Source: Octopus sinensis
Lineage: Eukaryota
NCBI RefSeq assembly: GCF_006345805.1
Contig: NC_043007.1
Coordinates: forward strand, 52,266,001-52,330,000
DNA: 64,000 nucleotides
Reading direction: 5' to 3'
Part shown: positions 1-13,452 of the stretch, in pieces
How the letters are laid out: every line of letters begins with the position of its first letter
Numbering within the stretch: position 1 is the stretch's first letter
Program-made: the position numbers and the translations under genes
The notes under the pieces: model-generated
Databases searched by the model: none
Seen by the model: only the letters and a program-made list of their open reading frames with translations
What the model was told of the DNA's origin: nothing

Positions 1-278
1 CAGAAGAAGCCACCAGCTTCCAGTCCAGCCATGTGCTCCAAGAAGTTCTTTCTGATGCATCTGGAGCTGCTGAAATGTAAATCTTACTGCTAACAATATC
101 ATGTAACCCACCTTGATCAATAGCAGCCCAGTTTCCAGAAGCCATCTTGGGCTTCCTGTATCTCTTTATTCAGTTAACTGAGCCTGAATGAGCTAAGTTT
201 CTGTAAGAAACCTGCAAAACTAAGGTATATGGAGCTGATCCAAATTGTTTAAATAATAATAATAATAATTCTTTCGCC

Positions 279-421
279 TAGAGGCACAAGGCCTGAAATT
301 TTGGGGGAAGGGGCAAGTCGATTACATTGACCCTAGTACTCAACTGGTACTTAATTTATCAACTCTGAAAGGATAAAAGGCAAAGTCGACCTTGGCAGAA
401 TTTGAACTCAGAACGTAGCAG
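279..421 (-). mobile_element. tRNA-derived SINE (Meta-domain / octopus OR-type), partial
   Basis: Reverse complement of the recurrent motif TGAGTTCAAATTCCGCCGAGGTCGACTTTGCCTTTCATCCTTTCGGGGTCGATAAATTAAGTACCAGTT seen >10 times in the window; ends in (TAA)n-like tail. Confidence 0.8.
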
Positions 422-477
422 CTGTTTAAATAATAATAATGATGATGATGGTGATAATGATGATAATAATAATAATA

Positions 478-683
478 CTTTCTACTATAGGCACAAGGCC
501 TGAAATATTAGAGGAGGGTCTAAGCCAATTACATCAACACCAGTGTTTCACTAGTACTTAATTTATTGACCCCAAAAGGATGAAAGGCAAACTTCTCCTT
601 GGCAGAATTTGAACTCAGAACATAAAGACAGATAAAATGATGCTAAGCATTTTGCCCAAGATGCTAACGATCCTGCCAGCTTA

Positions 684-686
<3 letters not shown>
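478..686 (-). mobile_element. tRNA-derived SINE (Meta-domain type)
   Basis: Same family in reverse, includes head (GCTGGCAGGATCGTTAGCA) and GGCCTTGTGCCTATAGTAGAAAG tail. Confidence 0.8.
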
Positions 687-714
<28 letters not shown>

Positions 715-721
<7 letters not shown>

Positions 722-905
722 TAAAAATTCCCTTTACAACTACAGCTTTTGAGTTTATTGCACAGCACCTTGAGCAAGTATCTTCTGCTATAGCCCTAGC
801 CTGACCAAAGCCTCGTGAGTGAATTTGGTCTTACATGTGTAAGACCAATTTGTTTAAAGCAGTGTCCCAGCAAGGCCACAGTCAAATGAGAGAAACAAGT
901 AAAAG
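715..905 (+). mobile_element. CORE-type SINE, degenerate
   Basis: GCACCTTGAGCAAGTATCTTCTGCTATAGCC matches the reverse copy at 19795-19950 carrying a CORE-like ACTTGCCCAAGGTGCCA motif. Confidence 0.55.
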
Positions 906-2727
906 ATAAATTATATAAATATATATAACACCATAACATTGTTATATAACTATATAGATAGCATATGCTGTTACTTAGATATACATTTATTATTGGTGTG
1001 ATATCTTGGCAGGTTATCTTTATTGAACGAAGGATATCAAATAGGTTGGTGTGGAGTTATAGGACATAGACATGTGTGCCCAATAGAATACATTCCAATG
1101 GAGAAACAGTGCTTGTATTGTCATTGTAATAATTTCCTTGAACAAGGTACTGGAAAACTTCAATGCTGCATGAGAGAGAGAGAAAGAGAGAGAGGGGGGA
1201 GAGGAAGGAAGGAAGTCAAAGGGGAAGAACTGTGAGTACCAAACTGGTTGAACTTGACAACTAGTTTAGTTGATTGAGATGCCAACATTGAATCTTACAG
1301 AAGAAATAAATCAATCAAAAAGTTACATTGATTTGCTTTCATTGTAAATGAATTATTTACAAATGTCTGGAATAGATTCCCTGTTGTTTCTCTTCCAATT
1401 ACAACCTGTTATTTAAGCAAACCTTCCATTATACCAATTATAAATCAATATTGTTGTGATCAATGACCAATGTCAGCTGAAATGTCATAAATGAAAATGA
1501 GTCTCTATATGGCCACCTGATTTTCTAGAAATAGCAGGCAAAAATCTTTCAAACTACACCCTACAGTCTTGCAAAGAGAAGGATATAAGATAATTAAATC
1601 CAGGCCATACACTGCCCCAGACAAGGATGAGATAGTCATGGCTAGAATGTTTTTGATGTAAGGGCTACTCAGTTTGAGATGACCTGATGCCTAGCAACAA
1701 CTCTTCTAGTTTAGTTACTGAAATTATTTTAGAATACAGAGAATATTAAGTATGAAGTAGAATAATTAAAATTTCATTGTGTTGACAATGTAATTGACCA
1801 AGTGAAAGCAAACCAGTTCTGACAACAGTCAGAAGACAAGCTCCTCTACAATAGCCTCAGGATGTTTTAAGGCAAACACAGAAACTCACCTCTTAGAAGC
1901 TTACTTCTCACCCAAAAGAAGCTCACCTCTCATTCACTAAAACCTTACTCTTATTCAATAATTTCTGGAGCAAATGAGACTCTCAACTTGCTAGAAATAG
2001 CAGCCAGAGAGGGAGCACCTTCATCAGTAGTCTCCAACGTTTCTATAATCTCATCATCCTATGTCCCTATATGCACACAACAATACTGTGTTTAGAGCAG
2101 CTGCACTGAAGATGTTTCATTGGGATAAAGATTCAAGGTAGAGAAAGAAAATTAGAAAAGCTGTGCCTACTACACATGTAAGCCTATAAATTTAAGAGAA
2201 GTATAGGAAGATGAGTCGTAAATGATGGTAGGAAGAGGAGTTGGGTGTCGGTAGAAGCAGCTGCAATGAGAGTTGTAGTGGTGGTGCCCCACCTCAGTGT
2301 CAGGGTTACTGCCATAATAGAAGTCATATCAATGTAGTGGTAGTGATTGTAGTTATCATCATAGTTGTAATAACAATGATCCAAATAGAAATCAGCAAGG
2401 TGGAAGAAAAAGTGAAAGCATAAAAGATAGTAGAGATGGTAGTGGTAGAAAAGTGGTAATGGGGTGTGCTAGTGGTAGATCCTAATATGATTCCACATGT
2501 AAAGTAAGTTCATTCATAGTGGTGGTGGTGGTCATAGTCATCATCATAGTTGAGATGTAGACTAACATTAAATATTTCATCATAGTGGTGAAGGGTGACA
2601 GAGATAGGATGTTTAATTAATTAATAAAAAGTAAGTCACTTAAATGAACTACACAGATAATTAGAAAGATGGGGTAATGGAACAAATGAAAAATTCCACT
2701 TGTTAAAAGGTATTTCAGACTTTTCTA

Positions 2728-5700
2728 TGAGTTGGTTGGTTGGCATCCTTATTGTCTCGGGAGTTGCGCATAAAGTAGTCTAGTCCGGCTTTTATATTTC
2801 CTGTCCTGATACATTTCCTGCTGTGGCTGTGTAGTCCTATCCTGGACAAACACTCCCTCTGGCAGGTACCGCAAATGTAGCGAAGACTGTAATGCCATAG
2901 TTTCTGGTTGACGTCTTTTCTTGTCTTTTCATTTCTCCTCTCTCTCTCTGTCACTCCTTTGTATTCCCTCTTTTACGGTACGTCGCCAGTCTCCACGGTT
3001 GCCGGCAACTGCCTCCCAACCGCTAATATTGATGTTGCAAGCCTTCATGTCCCTTTTGCAAACATCCTTGTAACGTAAGAACGGTCTACCCACAGACCTA
3101 GTACCCCTAGCAAGCTCTCCGTAGAGTATGTCCTTGGGGATTCTGCCATCTTTCATACGGCTAACATGCCCAAGCCATCTCATAGGTCTTTGTGTGAGGA
3201 GTGCAAACATGCTTGGTATTCCTGCTTGCTTGAGGACATCTTTGTTGGGGATATGATTCTGCCATTTGATACGGAGGATTTTCCGGAGGCAGCGCAGGTG
3301 AAAGATGTTTAGGCAACGCTCTTGGCGTGTGTATAGCGTCCAAGTCTCACTTCCATACAGTAGAGTGCTAAGTACACATGCCTGGTAGATCTTCATTTTC
3401 GTGGTCTTGGTCAGCTTATTGTTGTCCCAAGCCCGTTTGGAGAGTTGGGCCATCACAGCAGCTGCCTTGCCAATGCGTATATTGAGCTCAGCATCAAGGG
3501 ATAGGTTGTAGGTGACGGTAGAGCCAAGATAGGTAAACTTCTCCACCTCTTGCAATCTGTGGTCTCCAATATGTATGTTTGGGATGTCCGATGTAGCCTG
3601 ACCCATGATGTTGGTCTTCTTAAGGCTGATAGCTAAGCCAAAGTCGTTACATGCTTGCTCAAAACAGTTAATGAGCCTTTGGAGGGCTTCTTCTGTGTGT
3701 GATACCAGAGCGACATCATCAGCAAATAGCATCTCCTTGATCAGGACGTTTCTGATTTTGGTCTTGGCACGCAGGTGTGAGAGATTGAACAGTTTCCCGT
3801 CACTTCTACTGTGCAGAAACACTCTATCATCTGATGTCTGAAAGGCATGTGAGAGTAAGAGCGAGAAGATGCCAAACAATGTAGGAGCGAGGACATAACC
3901 TTGCTTTACCCCATTTTTTATTTGGAAGGCGGCTGATGTTGAACCATTGTGCTGTATGGTGCCTTGCATATCATCATGGAAAGACTTGATGATCCTCAGC
4001 AGCTTTGGTGGACATCCGATTTTTTGGAGCAGGATGAAGAGGCCTGTTCTGCTTACCGAGTCAAAGGCCTTTGTTAGATCAATGAAGGCCATATATAATG
4101 GCATTTTCTGCTCTCTGGACTTCTCCTGAAGTTGGCGTATGGAGAATATCATATCGATAGTTGATCTGCTTCTTCTAAAGCCACACTGCGATTCCGGATA
4201 GATTTGAGAAGCAAGTAGTTATAGCCTGGCCAGGATAACGCGGGCAAAGGTCTTTCCAACAGTGCTTAGAAGAGATATTCCACGGTAATTGTTACAATCA
4301 CCATGGTCACCTTTGTTTTTGTAAAGCGTTATGATGTTAGCATCCCGCATATCCTGAGGGACTGTACTCTCTTCCCAGCACTGACACAGAAGCTTATGAA
4401 GGTGCCGAAGCAGGATGGTGTTTTTGCCGGCTTTGATGATCTCTGAGGGGATGCCGTCTTTTCCCGGAGCCTTGTTTCTTGCTAGGGAGTCAACAGCCTT
4501 GGTGAGCTCTGCTATAGATGGCGGACTGTCAAGTTCGCACATGACTGGCAAGATCTTGACACTCTCGACTGCAGCCTCAGCCACTGTAGTCTCCCGTGAG
4601 TAGAGATCCTGGTAGTGCTCCACCCATCTATCCATTTGCTTGCTTTGATCCCTGATGAGATCTCCAGTAGTTGATTTCAGAGGGGCTGACTTGGTTGCGG
4701 ATGGACCGAGGGCCTTCTTCAAACCGGCATACATCCCATGGGTGTTGCCCCTGTCAGCAGCTAACTGGATACTCTGACAGATTTCCTGCCAATACCTATT
4801 TGCACAGCGTCTGGCTGTCAGTTGGGTTTTATTTCGTGCCTTTGTAGAAGCGTCACACTCGTATTGCATCAGAGCTGCACGCTTTGCTTCGATAACTGGC
4901 TCCAGCTCTGAGAGCCCAGCATCGAACCAATCTGGGTTTTGCCTTTCTCTCGTGCCGAAAGTATCTATTGATGTCGTATACAAAGCTTCCCTGATATAGT
5001 TTCACCTACTTTCAGCAGAGGAGGTTGGGCAGCTACTGAGGGCAACCTTGATAGAAGCAGCAAAACATTTTCGCAGTGTAGGGTCCGAGGTTCTGGTAGT
5101 GTTAATGTGTGGTCGGCCCACTTTCTTGGAGCGATGGACTTTTTTAGGCAGAATCCTCACCCTACTTCTAATTAGTGAGTGGTCTGTGTCACAATCCGCG
5201 CTGTGGTAACTACGGGTCAATAGAATAGAATTCAGAAAGGATCTCCGTGTAATGATGAGATCCAGCTGATACCAGTGGTGAGATCTTGGATGTCTCCAAG
5301 ATGCCTTGTGGGATGGCTTGTTGGTAAAGAATGTGTTTGTGATGCACAGGTTATGGTATGTGCAGAATTTGAGTAGTCTCTGACCATTGTCATTCATGTT
5401 GCCAATACCAAAGTGTCCAACACAAATGGGCCACGAATCATGGTCAGATCCCACGCGAGCGTTAAAATCCTCTAGAAGGTAGATATTTTCAGTCGTTGGT
5501 ATATTTTCTATGACACAGTTGAGATCTTTGTAGAACTAGTCCTTGGTCTCCTCTGAGCTGTAGAGAGTGGGAGCATAGATGCTGAGTAGATGTACTGAGC
5601 CAGAAGAAGTCAAGAGGTGCAGTGAGAGGATACGCTCAGTGCCTCCTGATGGTGGTTCTATTGAGGAGAGTAATGAGTTTCTCACTGCAAAGCCAACGCC

Positions 5701-6240
5701 ATGTTGACGAGGTTCTTCTGGATCGCTTCCCTGCCAAAAGAAGGTGAAATCCTGCTCTTTGAGTTTGCCGTTTGAGGGAAGTCTTGTCTCCTGTAGCCCA
5801 GCAATGTCTATGTTGAGCCTCTTTAGTTCACGGTCAATGATGGCTGTTTTCCTTGTGTCTTCAACCCTGAGTAGATCATCAGATATTCCAGGGCACATGG
5901 TCCTGACATTCCAGCTTGCCAACCGCAGGACTGGTGGTTTCTTGACTTTTAGTTGTTTGCTTGGTGCAGAGGTTGCAGGCTGCTTTTCAAGTCATACTCT
6001 TAGCTCCAAGCACCCAATGAAGCAGGCGGCCTGTGGCGGGTCAGCACCTTATTAACTGGGGGCTGCCCAGCTTGAGGTGGGCAGTAGCCAACCAATAGGA
6101 CACGGAGGTCCCTCCCGCCGTCAGAGGTAACCGTAGCGCCCATATTTTACGCCAATCTGAATGGACTTATCACTTGTGACTCTTACCTCCCGTGTTGTTT
6201 CTGCAGCTTTTTACAGCAGCACTGAAGTGTCCTCTCCAGT
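2728..6240 (-). mobile_element. Near full-length RTE-clade LINE (APE endonuclease + reverse transcriptase), lightly pseudogenised
   Basis: Collinear ORF pieces: 5536-5922 (ASWNVRT, LQETR: APE N-term), 5002-5454 (HWYQLDLII, TDHSL: APE C-term), 4219-4983 (KAPGKDGIP, NYRGISLLS), 2929-4152 (DLTKAFDSV, GVKQG, LFADD, LLYGSETW, RWLGHV), C-terminal CxxC...HxxxC; ~300-nt 5' UTR; CCAACCAAC tail. Confidence 0.95.
2790..5950 (-). pseudogene. RTE single ORF (APE-RT-zinc finger) interrupted by a few stops/frameshifts
   Basis: ORF track segments are collinear and separated only by short breaks near 5535, 4990, 4219 and 2930. Confidence 0.9.
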
Positions 6241-6279
6241 TTTGTGTGTATGTATATATACACACACACAAATCCTTTC

Positions 6280-6440
6280 TACAGTAAGCACATGATCTGC
6301 AATTTGTGGGGAGGGAACTTATTTCATCAACCCTAAAGGAGAAAAGGCAAAGTCAACCTTGGTGGAATTGGAAACCGGAATATGAAGACAGACAAAATGC
6401 TGCTAACCACTTTGTCTGGCATGCTAACAATTCTGCCAGA
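6280..6440 (-). mobile_element. Meta-domain SINE, degenerate
   Basis: AGGCAAAGTCAACCTTGGTGGAATT...ATGCTAACAATTCTGCCAG is the reverse of the SINE head/body. Confidence 0.7.
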
Positions 6441-6582
6441 TCATCATCATCGTTTAACGTCCGCTTTCCTTGCTAGTATGGGTTGAACGATTCTGACTGA
6501 GGGCTGGCAAACCAGATGGCTGCACCAGATTCCAATCTTGATCTGGCAGAGTTTCTACAGCTGGATGCCCTTCCTAACAGCA
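6441..6582 (-). mobile_element. RTE-derived 3' UTR / SINE-like fragment with (GAT)n tail
   Basis: CATCATCATCGTTTAACGTCCGCTTTCC...CAGCTGGATGCCCTTCCTAAC is the reverse complement of the 3' end at 45830-45962. Confidence 0.75.
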
Positions 6583-6739
6583 TATATATATATATATATA
6601 TATCAATTAGAAAAAAACTACCTTTTATCAATTCAAAATGAAAAATTAAATTACACCATCTAGAAAATTGCATATAATAGAAATATTAAATATAAATTGA
6701 ATTTATCCCTGTAAGTTTGGAATAATATTCCCTCAAATT

Positions 6740-6834
<95 letters not shown>

Positions 6835-6849
6835 ATATATGCATGCATA

Positions 6850-7500
6850 CATAGGGTATTCAGGTTAATTTTCATGATTTTCTTTAATGTTTCCTTTCTT
6901 CAGGAACTGCTTCATGTATTGGAGGACAGTCAATGACATTGGAGGTCATAAAGATTAAAGGTGAAAATGAGAAAATGGAAGATTGGACACCATCTGAATA
7001 TTAGAAAAGAGTTGATGGCTGCTGCCCAATGCTCTATGAGTACTGTAAAGGCTGTATGACATAACATGGAAAGCTGCAATGGAGACTACAAAGCTGTGAC
7101 CAGCAAGAAAGACACAACAGGTGTTCTGAGAACATGCTGGAATTCATCCCCACATCCTTAGGCTCAATTCAGATGGTTGTGTGAAGGTTCTGAAGCCTGT
7201 AGTTAATCTATGACTGAAGAGGGCTGTTGCTGGAAGGCCATATGTATGTAGCAGGATTCAGCTCCTCACCAGCCCTCTGGAAAGTGGTTGAGCGAGAATG
7301 TCCAGAATTTCACCAGCCTTTATTTCTGGCCTTCTAACTCCCCCGATGGTAATCCCATGATTTATTGTGTATGAAGTGAAGTTGAGAAACCAGTTGTTCT
7401 GTCTGCAACATCAAGGCCGAGTTGGTGGCCAAAATCAAGGTGGTGTTTGAAAATCTTCAAGGGACACAGTGACAAATGCATATACCATGTTCCTGATCTG
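6850..7500 (+). mobile_element. Decayed Tc1/mariner-superfamily transposase remnant
   Basis: 7170-7490 translates across frameshifts to VLKP..AGRPY..QDSAPH..WLSEN..FWPSNSP..NPMDY, typical of the DD(x)D catalytic C-terminal half. Confidence 0.6.
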
Positions 7501-7603
7501 TTGTGAGGCTATGGTAGAAGGTGAGAGAGGCTACTTTGAGTAAAGTGTTATTTCCATGCTGTGATCTAATGGATATCATACATATATGTATATATATATA
7601 TAT

Positions 7604-9773
7604 ATCTTGTTCTCCTTGTCTTGTCTCTCACTGTTATATATTTATTTTTCCACTGTTTATATATATATTTTTTACTGTTTATATGTTTGTACTGTCGTTA
7701 CCGTCTTGCTTTTTTTTACCCCTCTGCGAAAAGATCTCAGAATTTTAATTGATTTGCTTTTCGCGGGAAGGAATTTTTCTTCGAAGTATACGTCTCGCTT
7801 TTATCCTTCGAAACGTTTAGTAGATGAAATCTTAGCGACTGAAGAAGGGGATTTTTCGTTGTGCTTATTGTCCTGTATCTCTCCCTTTTTTTTGCTTGTC
7901 TTGTTCCTTGGTTTGTGTCTATGTGTTTCGTCTCTCTATGTGTTCGACGTCTTTTTGGTGTCCTGTACACATATATGCGTGTATATGTACATGTAGAGGT
8001 AGGTACGTACATATATGTTTATATATATGCATATATTCTATTTTATTAACATATTATACGATTAAACGCACGCACCCTGCTAAGTAAGATTGTTCTGTTT
8101 ATCAAGTTAGCCTTGATATTAACTCTCACGCGACTCTGCATCTTTCTTTCTTTCTTTCTCTCCCATTCCCTTTTTCGTCTTTTTTCCCTCACTTAACTTG
8201 TCTCTTCCTCTCTCTCTCATCTTCATTCTCTCTCTCCCTTTCACCATTCTTCATGGTCTCCTCGCACCATTCCCCTTCTTCTCTCTCTTCCTCTTGCTCC
8301 TCCTCCCCCATTCCCGTCATCCATCTGCGACGATACTTCCGTCGCAACTGCTTCCTGTCCTTTCTCGCCCGCCTTGCAAGGCTTCTGGTTGACAAAATTC
8401 CCTCTCTGTCTTCCACTATAATCCAGCGTTTACAATACTTTTTTCGTCTGGCGTTAACAGCCCTTCTTATCTTGTTCTCCTTGTCTTGTCTCTCACTGTT
8501 ATATATTTATTTTTCCACTGTTTATATATATTTTTTACTGTTTATATGTTTGTACTGTCGTTACCGTCTTGCTTTTTTTTACCCCTCTGCGAAAAGATCT
8601 CAGAATTTTAATTGATTTGCTTTTCGCGGGAAGGAATTTTTCTTCGAAGTATACGTCTCGCTTTTATCCTTCGAAACGTTTAGTAGATGAAATCTTAGCG
8701 ACTGAAGAAGGGGATTTTTCGTTGTGCTTATTGTCCTGTATCTCTCCCTTTTTTTTGCTTGTCTTGTTCCTTGGTTTGTGTCTATGTGTTTCGTCTCTCT
8801 ATGTGTTCGACGTCTTTTTGGTGTCCTGTACACATATATGCGTGTATATGTACATGTAGAGGTAGGTACGTACATATATGTTTATATATATGCATATATT
8901 CTATTTTATTAACATATTATACGATTAAACGCACGCACCCTACTAAGTAAGATTGTTCTGTTTATCAAGTTAGCCTTGATATTAACTCTCACGCGACTCT
9001 GCATCTTTCTTTCTTTCTCTCCCATTCCCTTTTTCGTCTTTTTTCCCTCACTTAACTTGTCTCTTCCTCTCTCTCTCATTCTTCATTCTCTCTCTCCCTT
9101 TCACCATTCTTCATGGTCTCCTCGCACCATTCCCCTTCTTCTCTCTCTTCCTCTTGCTCCTCCTCCCCCATTCCCGTCATCCATCTGCGACGATACTTCC
9201 GTCGCAACTGCTTCCTGTCCTTTCTCGCCCGCCTTGCAAGGCTTCTGGTTGACAAAATTTCCCTCTCTGTCTTCCACTATAATCCAGCGTTTACAATACT
9301 TTTTTCGTCTGGCGTTAACAGCCCTTCTTATCTTGTTCTCCTTGTCTTGTCTCTCACTGTTATATATTTATTTTTCCACTGTTTATATATATATTTTTTA
9401 CTGTTTATATGTTTGTACTGTCGTTACCGTCTTGCTTTTTTTTACCCCTCTGCGAAAAGATCTCAGAATTTTAATTGATTTGCTTTTCGCGGGAAGGAAT
9501 TTTTCTTCGAAGTATACGTCTCGCTTTTATCCTTCGAAACGTTTAGTAGATGAAATCTTAGCGACTGAAGAAGGGGATTTTTCGTTGTGCTTATTGTCCT
9601 GTATCTCTCCCTTTTTTTTGCTTGTCTTGTTCCTTGGTTTGTGTCTATGTGTTTCGTCTCTCTATGTGTTCGACGTCTTTTTGGTGTCCTGTACACATAT
9701 ATGCGTGTATATGTACATGTAGAGGTAGGTACGTACATATATGTTTATATATATGCATATATTCTATTTTATT

Positions 9774-9779
<6 letters not shown>
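7604..9779 (+). repeat. Tandem array, ~2.5 copies of a ~863-bp unit between (TA)n tracts
   Basis: Identical spurious ORFs recur at 7737/8600/9463; the unit anchor ATCTTGTTCTCC occurs at 7604, 8469, 9330. Confidence 0.95.
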
Positions 9780-9818
<39 letters not shown>

Positions 9819-9837
9819 TATATATATACATATACAT

Positions 9838-9888
<51 letters not shown>

Positions 9889-11104
9889 AACACACACACA
9901 CACACACACACATACATACATATATACATACAGGTAAATATGTAATATTTTGGACTAATGAGTATACATCAGTTAGTGTGCTGATGTGTTGAGTAAAACA
10001 TTGCGACAGTTTGGGCTACCTGGCGTCATCCACTGCTACATTTTAGATAATAGTGCAGTATATTATTAGAAAATATGGTTGGTATATTGGTAGTGTAATA
10101 GTACCTAAGGTATATTATTAACTGTTCCAATACAATATTTCCAATGATTGTGTTTTAATCAGTTTTAAATAACCAACAAATTGAAGGGTTTTAACTTTTC
10201 CATTCTAAGTTGTTATTTTAAACATAATAAACAATACAAAGGCAGTTTTATGTCATGGCACCAGAAGTAGATTTGGTATTAAAAAGGTTAAAAATAAAAC
10301 CTGTTTTGAAATATAACAAAAACAAAATAATTTCTATCAGAATATAGAAACTATAGAACCTTTAGGTAATCACTAACCCAGTGATTCTCAACTGGAATCC
10401 ATATAAGATTTTGTTGTTAAAATTTGTCTGCAATAAATTGATTATATTCATACAATACACAAAATATTTTAACAATTTTGTTTATACAATTCCTAATAAT
10501 ATTTAATCATAAAAAAATTTAATGGCTAGGAGGGTACATCCAAATAAAATAGGAATCAAGGGATCCATAGGTGAAAAATGGCTGAGAAACTCGGATCTAA
10601 CCCGTTAGAAATAATAGTCAAATATCCTAAACAATACTATATATATTTTAATCACAGTCAACTACCTGCTTCCAAAAAATACACCATGTTAGTCATTATC
10701 TGGTATTGTATGTGTGGTTGATTTTAGCTAAGTTTCCAACCCACACTACAGACTTAGTTCAACAATCACAACATAACATTGTTGTGCTTACTGTTGTTTA
10801 GTCCCAAGTTAATTCCAGTGAAACAGATAATAGATTTTCCAGTTATGACCATCCCAACATTTCTCAAGCCTAGTTTATCAAGGACTACATCATCTAATGT
10901 GCTTTTTCCTCCTAAAGACAGCAAAGAAATTTGGCTGCTGTGTCTAGCACATTGAGGGACTATGTCTACTTTGTTTTGTTGTTGTTACATAGACCCATGT
11001 AAGCCATGATTAAAAAACAAAACCACAGCTATAAATAGCAGTATAGAAAAATTTTAAAAAGACATTAAGAAAACTTTTAAATGATATTCAAAGAACTTAT
11101 TATT

Positions 11105-11330
11105 AATGCAACAAACTGGCAGAATCATTAGCATACCAGGCAAAATGCTTAGCAGCCAACCATCCATCTTTACATTCTGAGTTCTAATTCCCCCCAAGGT
11201 CAACTTTGCCTTTCATCCTTCTGGGGTCAATAAAATAAGTACCAGTTGAGCACTGAGATTGATGTAGTCCACTTAGATGCTCCCCCAAAACTGCTGGCAT
11301 GGTACCAGAATTTGAAACAATCATTATCAT
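11105..11330 (+). mobile_element. Meta-domain SINE
   Basis: AACTGGCAGAATCATTAGCA head, GGTCAACTTTGCCTTTCATCCTTCTGGGGTCAATAAAATAAGTACCAG body. Confidence 0.75.
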
Positions 11331-11439
11331 TATTATAATCACACATCCACTGTAAATAGGTGCAGCTTCTTTTATTTTTAATCCTTTTCTTCAAACATTC
11401 CTACATCAAAATGAATGGGAGTGACCACCATCATCATGG

Positions 11440-11672
11440 ACAGAAAACGAGCAGAACCATTAGCATGCAGGACAAAATGCTTAGAGGCATTTTATCTGTC
11501 TTTACATTCTGAGTTCAAATTCTACTGAGTTCGACTTTGCCCTTTATTCTTTCAGAGTTGATGAAAGAAATACCAGTTAAGCACTGGAGTTGTTGATATC
11601 AACTAGCCCCCCCACACCAAAAAAAAAATTTCAGGCCTACGAGGCATATAGTAGAAGGGATTACTATTATTA
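11440..11672 (+). mobile_element. Meta-domain SINE
   Basis: TCTGAGTTCAAATTCTACTGAGTTCGACTTTGCC body; (TAT)n tail. Confidence 0.7.
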
Positions 11673-12949
11673 TAATAAATTAAAAATAAATACCATTAGG
11701 AGGCAATTCAGTCAACTCTTCCATACTGCCACTGTGTAAAGCCATCCTGCTATGAAAGTTACAGTAAAAGGTACTGGCAAGAGATAGTAGATGGCACCCT
11801 GCCTGTTACCAGTAAATGGGATCTTCTGCTTCATATGCACCAGTGAGCCAGGGTGTCATCATGTATCTATTTTTGAGTGACATGCCAGGAGGGGGAGGGG
11901 GTTATGTGGTGCACCAATGTAGCGAAAAGTAAACAAAGTAAAAGACTAACTATAAACACACACTTTACAGTCGTTTGTGTCAAATGATATGGGAATCAGC
12001 AGATTACAAGTCTCTTCTTTTCCTATTCCAGCTTCTAAATGTTTTCCATTGCTTTCTCTGTAACAACCTAACTCCACTCCCTTTTCTGAAATAAACTACA
12101 GGCACCAACATTCCAACCTTATGAAAGATCATTATTATTCAAATTACAACTTCACTCAAGATTTCATAACAAGGAGGGGGGTAGTTTTATAATCCCTTTT
12201 GTTATTATTATTTTTTCAAATGTTCATCTCACATCAGTTCAGAGATATATTTTTTAATTTAATACACTACAGTAAATAATATTCAATTTTCAACATGAAA
12301 TTATCCTTTTAAGAAAACAGTAGATAAAAAAAATGACAAGAGATAAAGAATAAAATGAAAGGAGAAATTGTTTTAAAAGAGAGAGAGCAAATAATGAGAA
12401 AAGATAATAATAACAAGGTGTAATGAAGAAAAACCTTCTCAGTTACTGCGTCTGAGATAGATATAATATGGTGAAATTGCAATATGGTGAGATTACAAAA
12501 TAGGTAAGATTGAACTAATTGGAAAATACATACAAAATACATGTTGACAACAGGAATTTATGACAGTGTGTGTGTTTCTGGGAGAACTGTTACTAGTGTA
12601 GGTAGAGGGTTAGTTCTGACATATTTCATGAATGGTGCATTAATTTAGGCTAACTAGAAAACATATCAGCTGAGAAAACAAAAATCAATGAAAAGTGATA
12701 TATATTTTTTTCTGGCAAGTATTGCAGACAACATAGGAGATATTTTAGCCTTATTCTGACTTCAGAATAAGGCTATTAAGTAAATGTGCAAGCTTATACA
12801 TTCTCGGTAAAAGTAACTCATATTAGTAAACAAATTATTACCCATATGAGAAATAATCAATAGGTGGCATAAATTTTTTGATTGTGCGGAGTCTACTAAA
12901 CTGTTTTAATTGATAGATTTCACAATAGCCTTCAACAATCTTACTGTAA

Positions 12950-13125
12950 ACAACGGCATACATATACACATAGATGTGTGTGTATATATATAATATGAAT
13001 AAAATATATATATATATAAACATATATATATATATACACATATATATATATATATAATACACACACACCACATATATATAATATATATATTCTATATATA
13101 TATATATTATATATATAAATAATAT

Positions 13126-13156
<31 letters not shown>

Positions 13157-13398
13157 TTTATATATATACATATTATTATATAATATATATATAATATATA
13201 TATTATACATATATAATATATATATATAATATATATATAAATAATATATATGATTGATTGATTGATTGATTCTAGTTTCACCTTATGAGCTGTGGCCATG
13301 CTGGGGCACCGCCATTTATATATATTATATATATTTTATTATATATATATATATTAATTATATTTAAACATTATATATATATACATATATATATATAC

Positions 13399-13452
<54 letters not shown>

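Noticed and set aside
6030-6240. Possible HDV-like ribozyme in the RTE 5' UTR (GGA-CCUCCGUG-UCC, CUGCCCA/UGGGCAG stem)
   Set aside because: No upstream P1 strand complementary to UAUUGGU was found and the J4/2-P2 arrangement is non-canonical; it would need an Infernal/RNArobo search.
7604-9779. CRISPR-like or other prokaryotic repeat array
   Set aside because: The units are long and near-identical with no unique spacers, the context is eukaryotic, and there are no cas genes.
7521-9945. ORFs of 60-248 aa in the 863-bp repeat
   Set aside because: They are low-complexity and differ between copies by frameshifts, with no domain motifs. The FSSGVNSP ending only weakly recalls a PLE ORF terminus.
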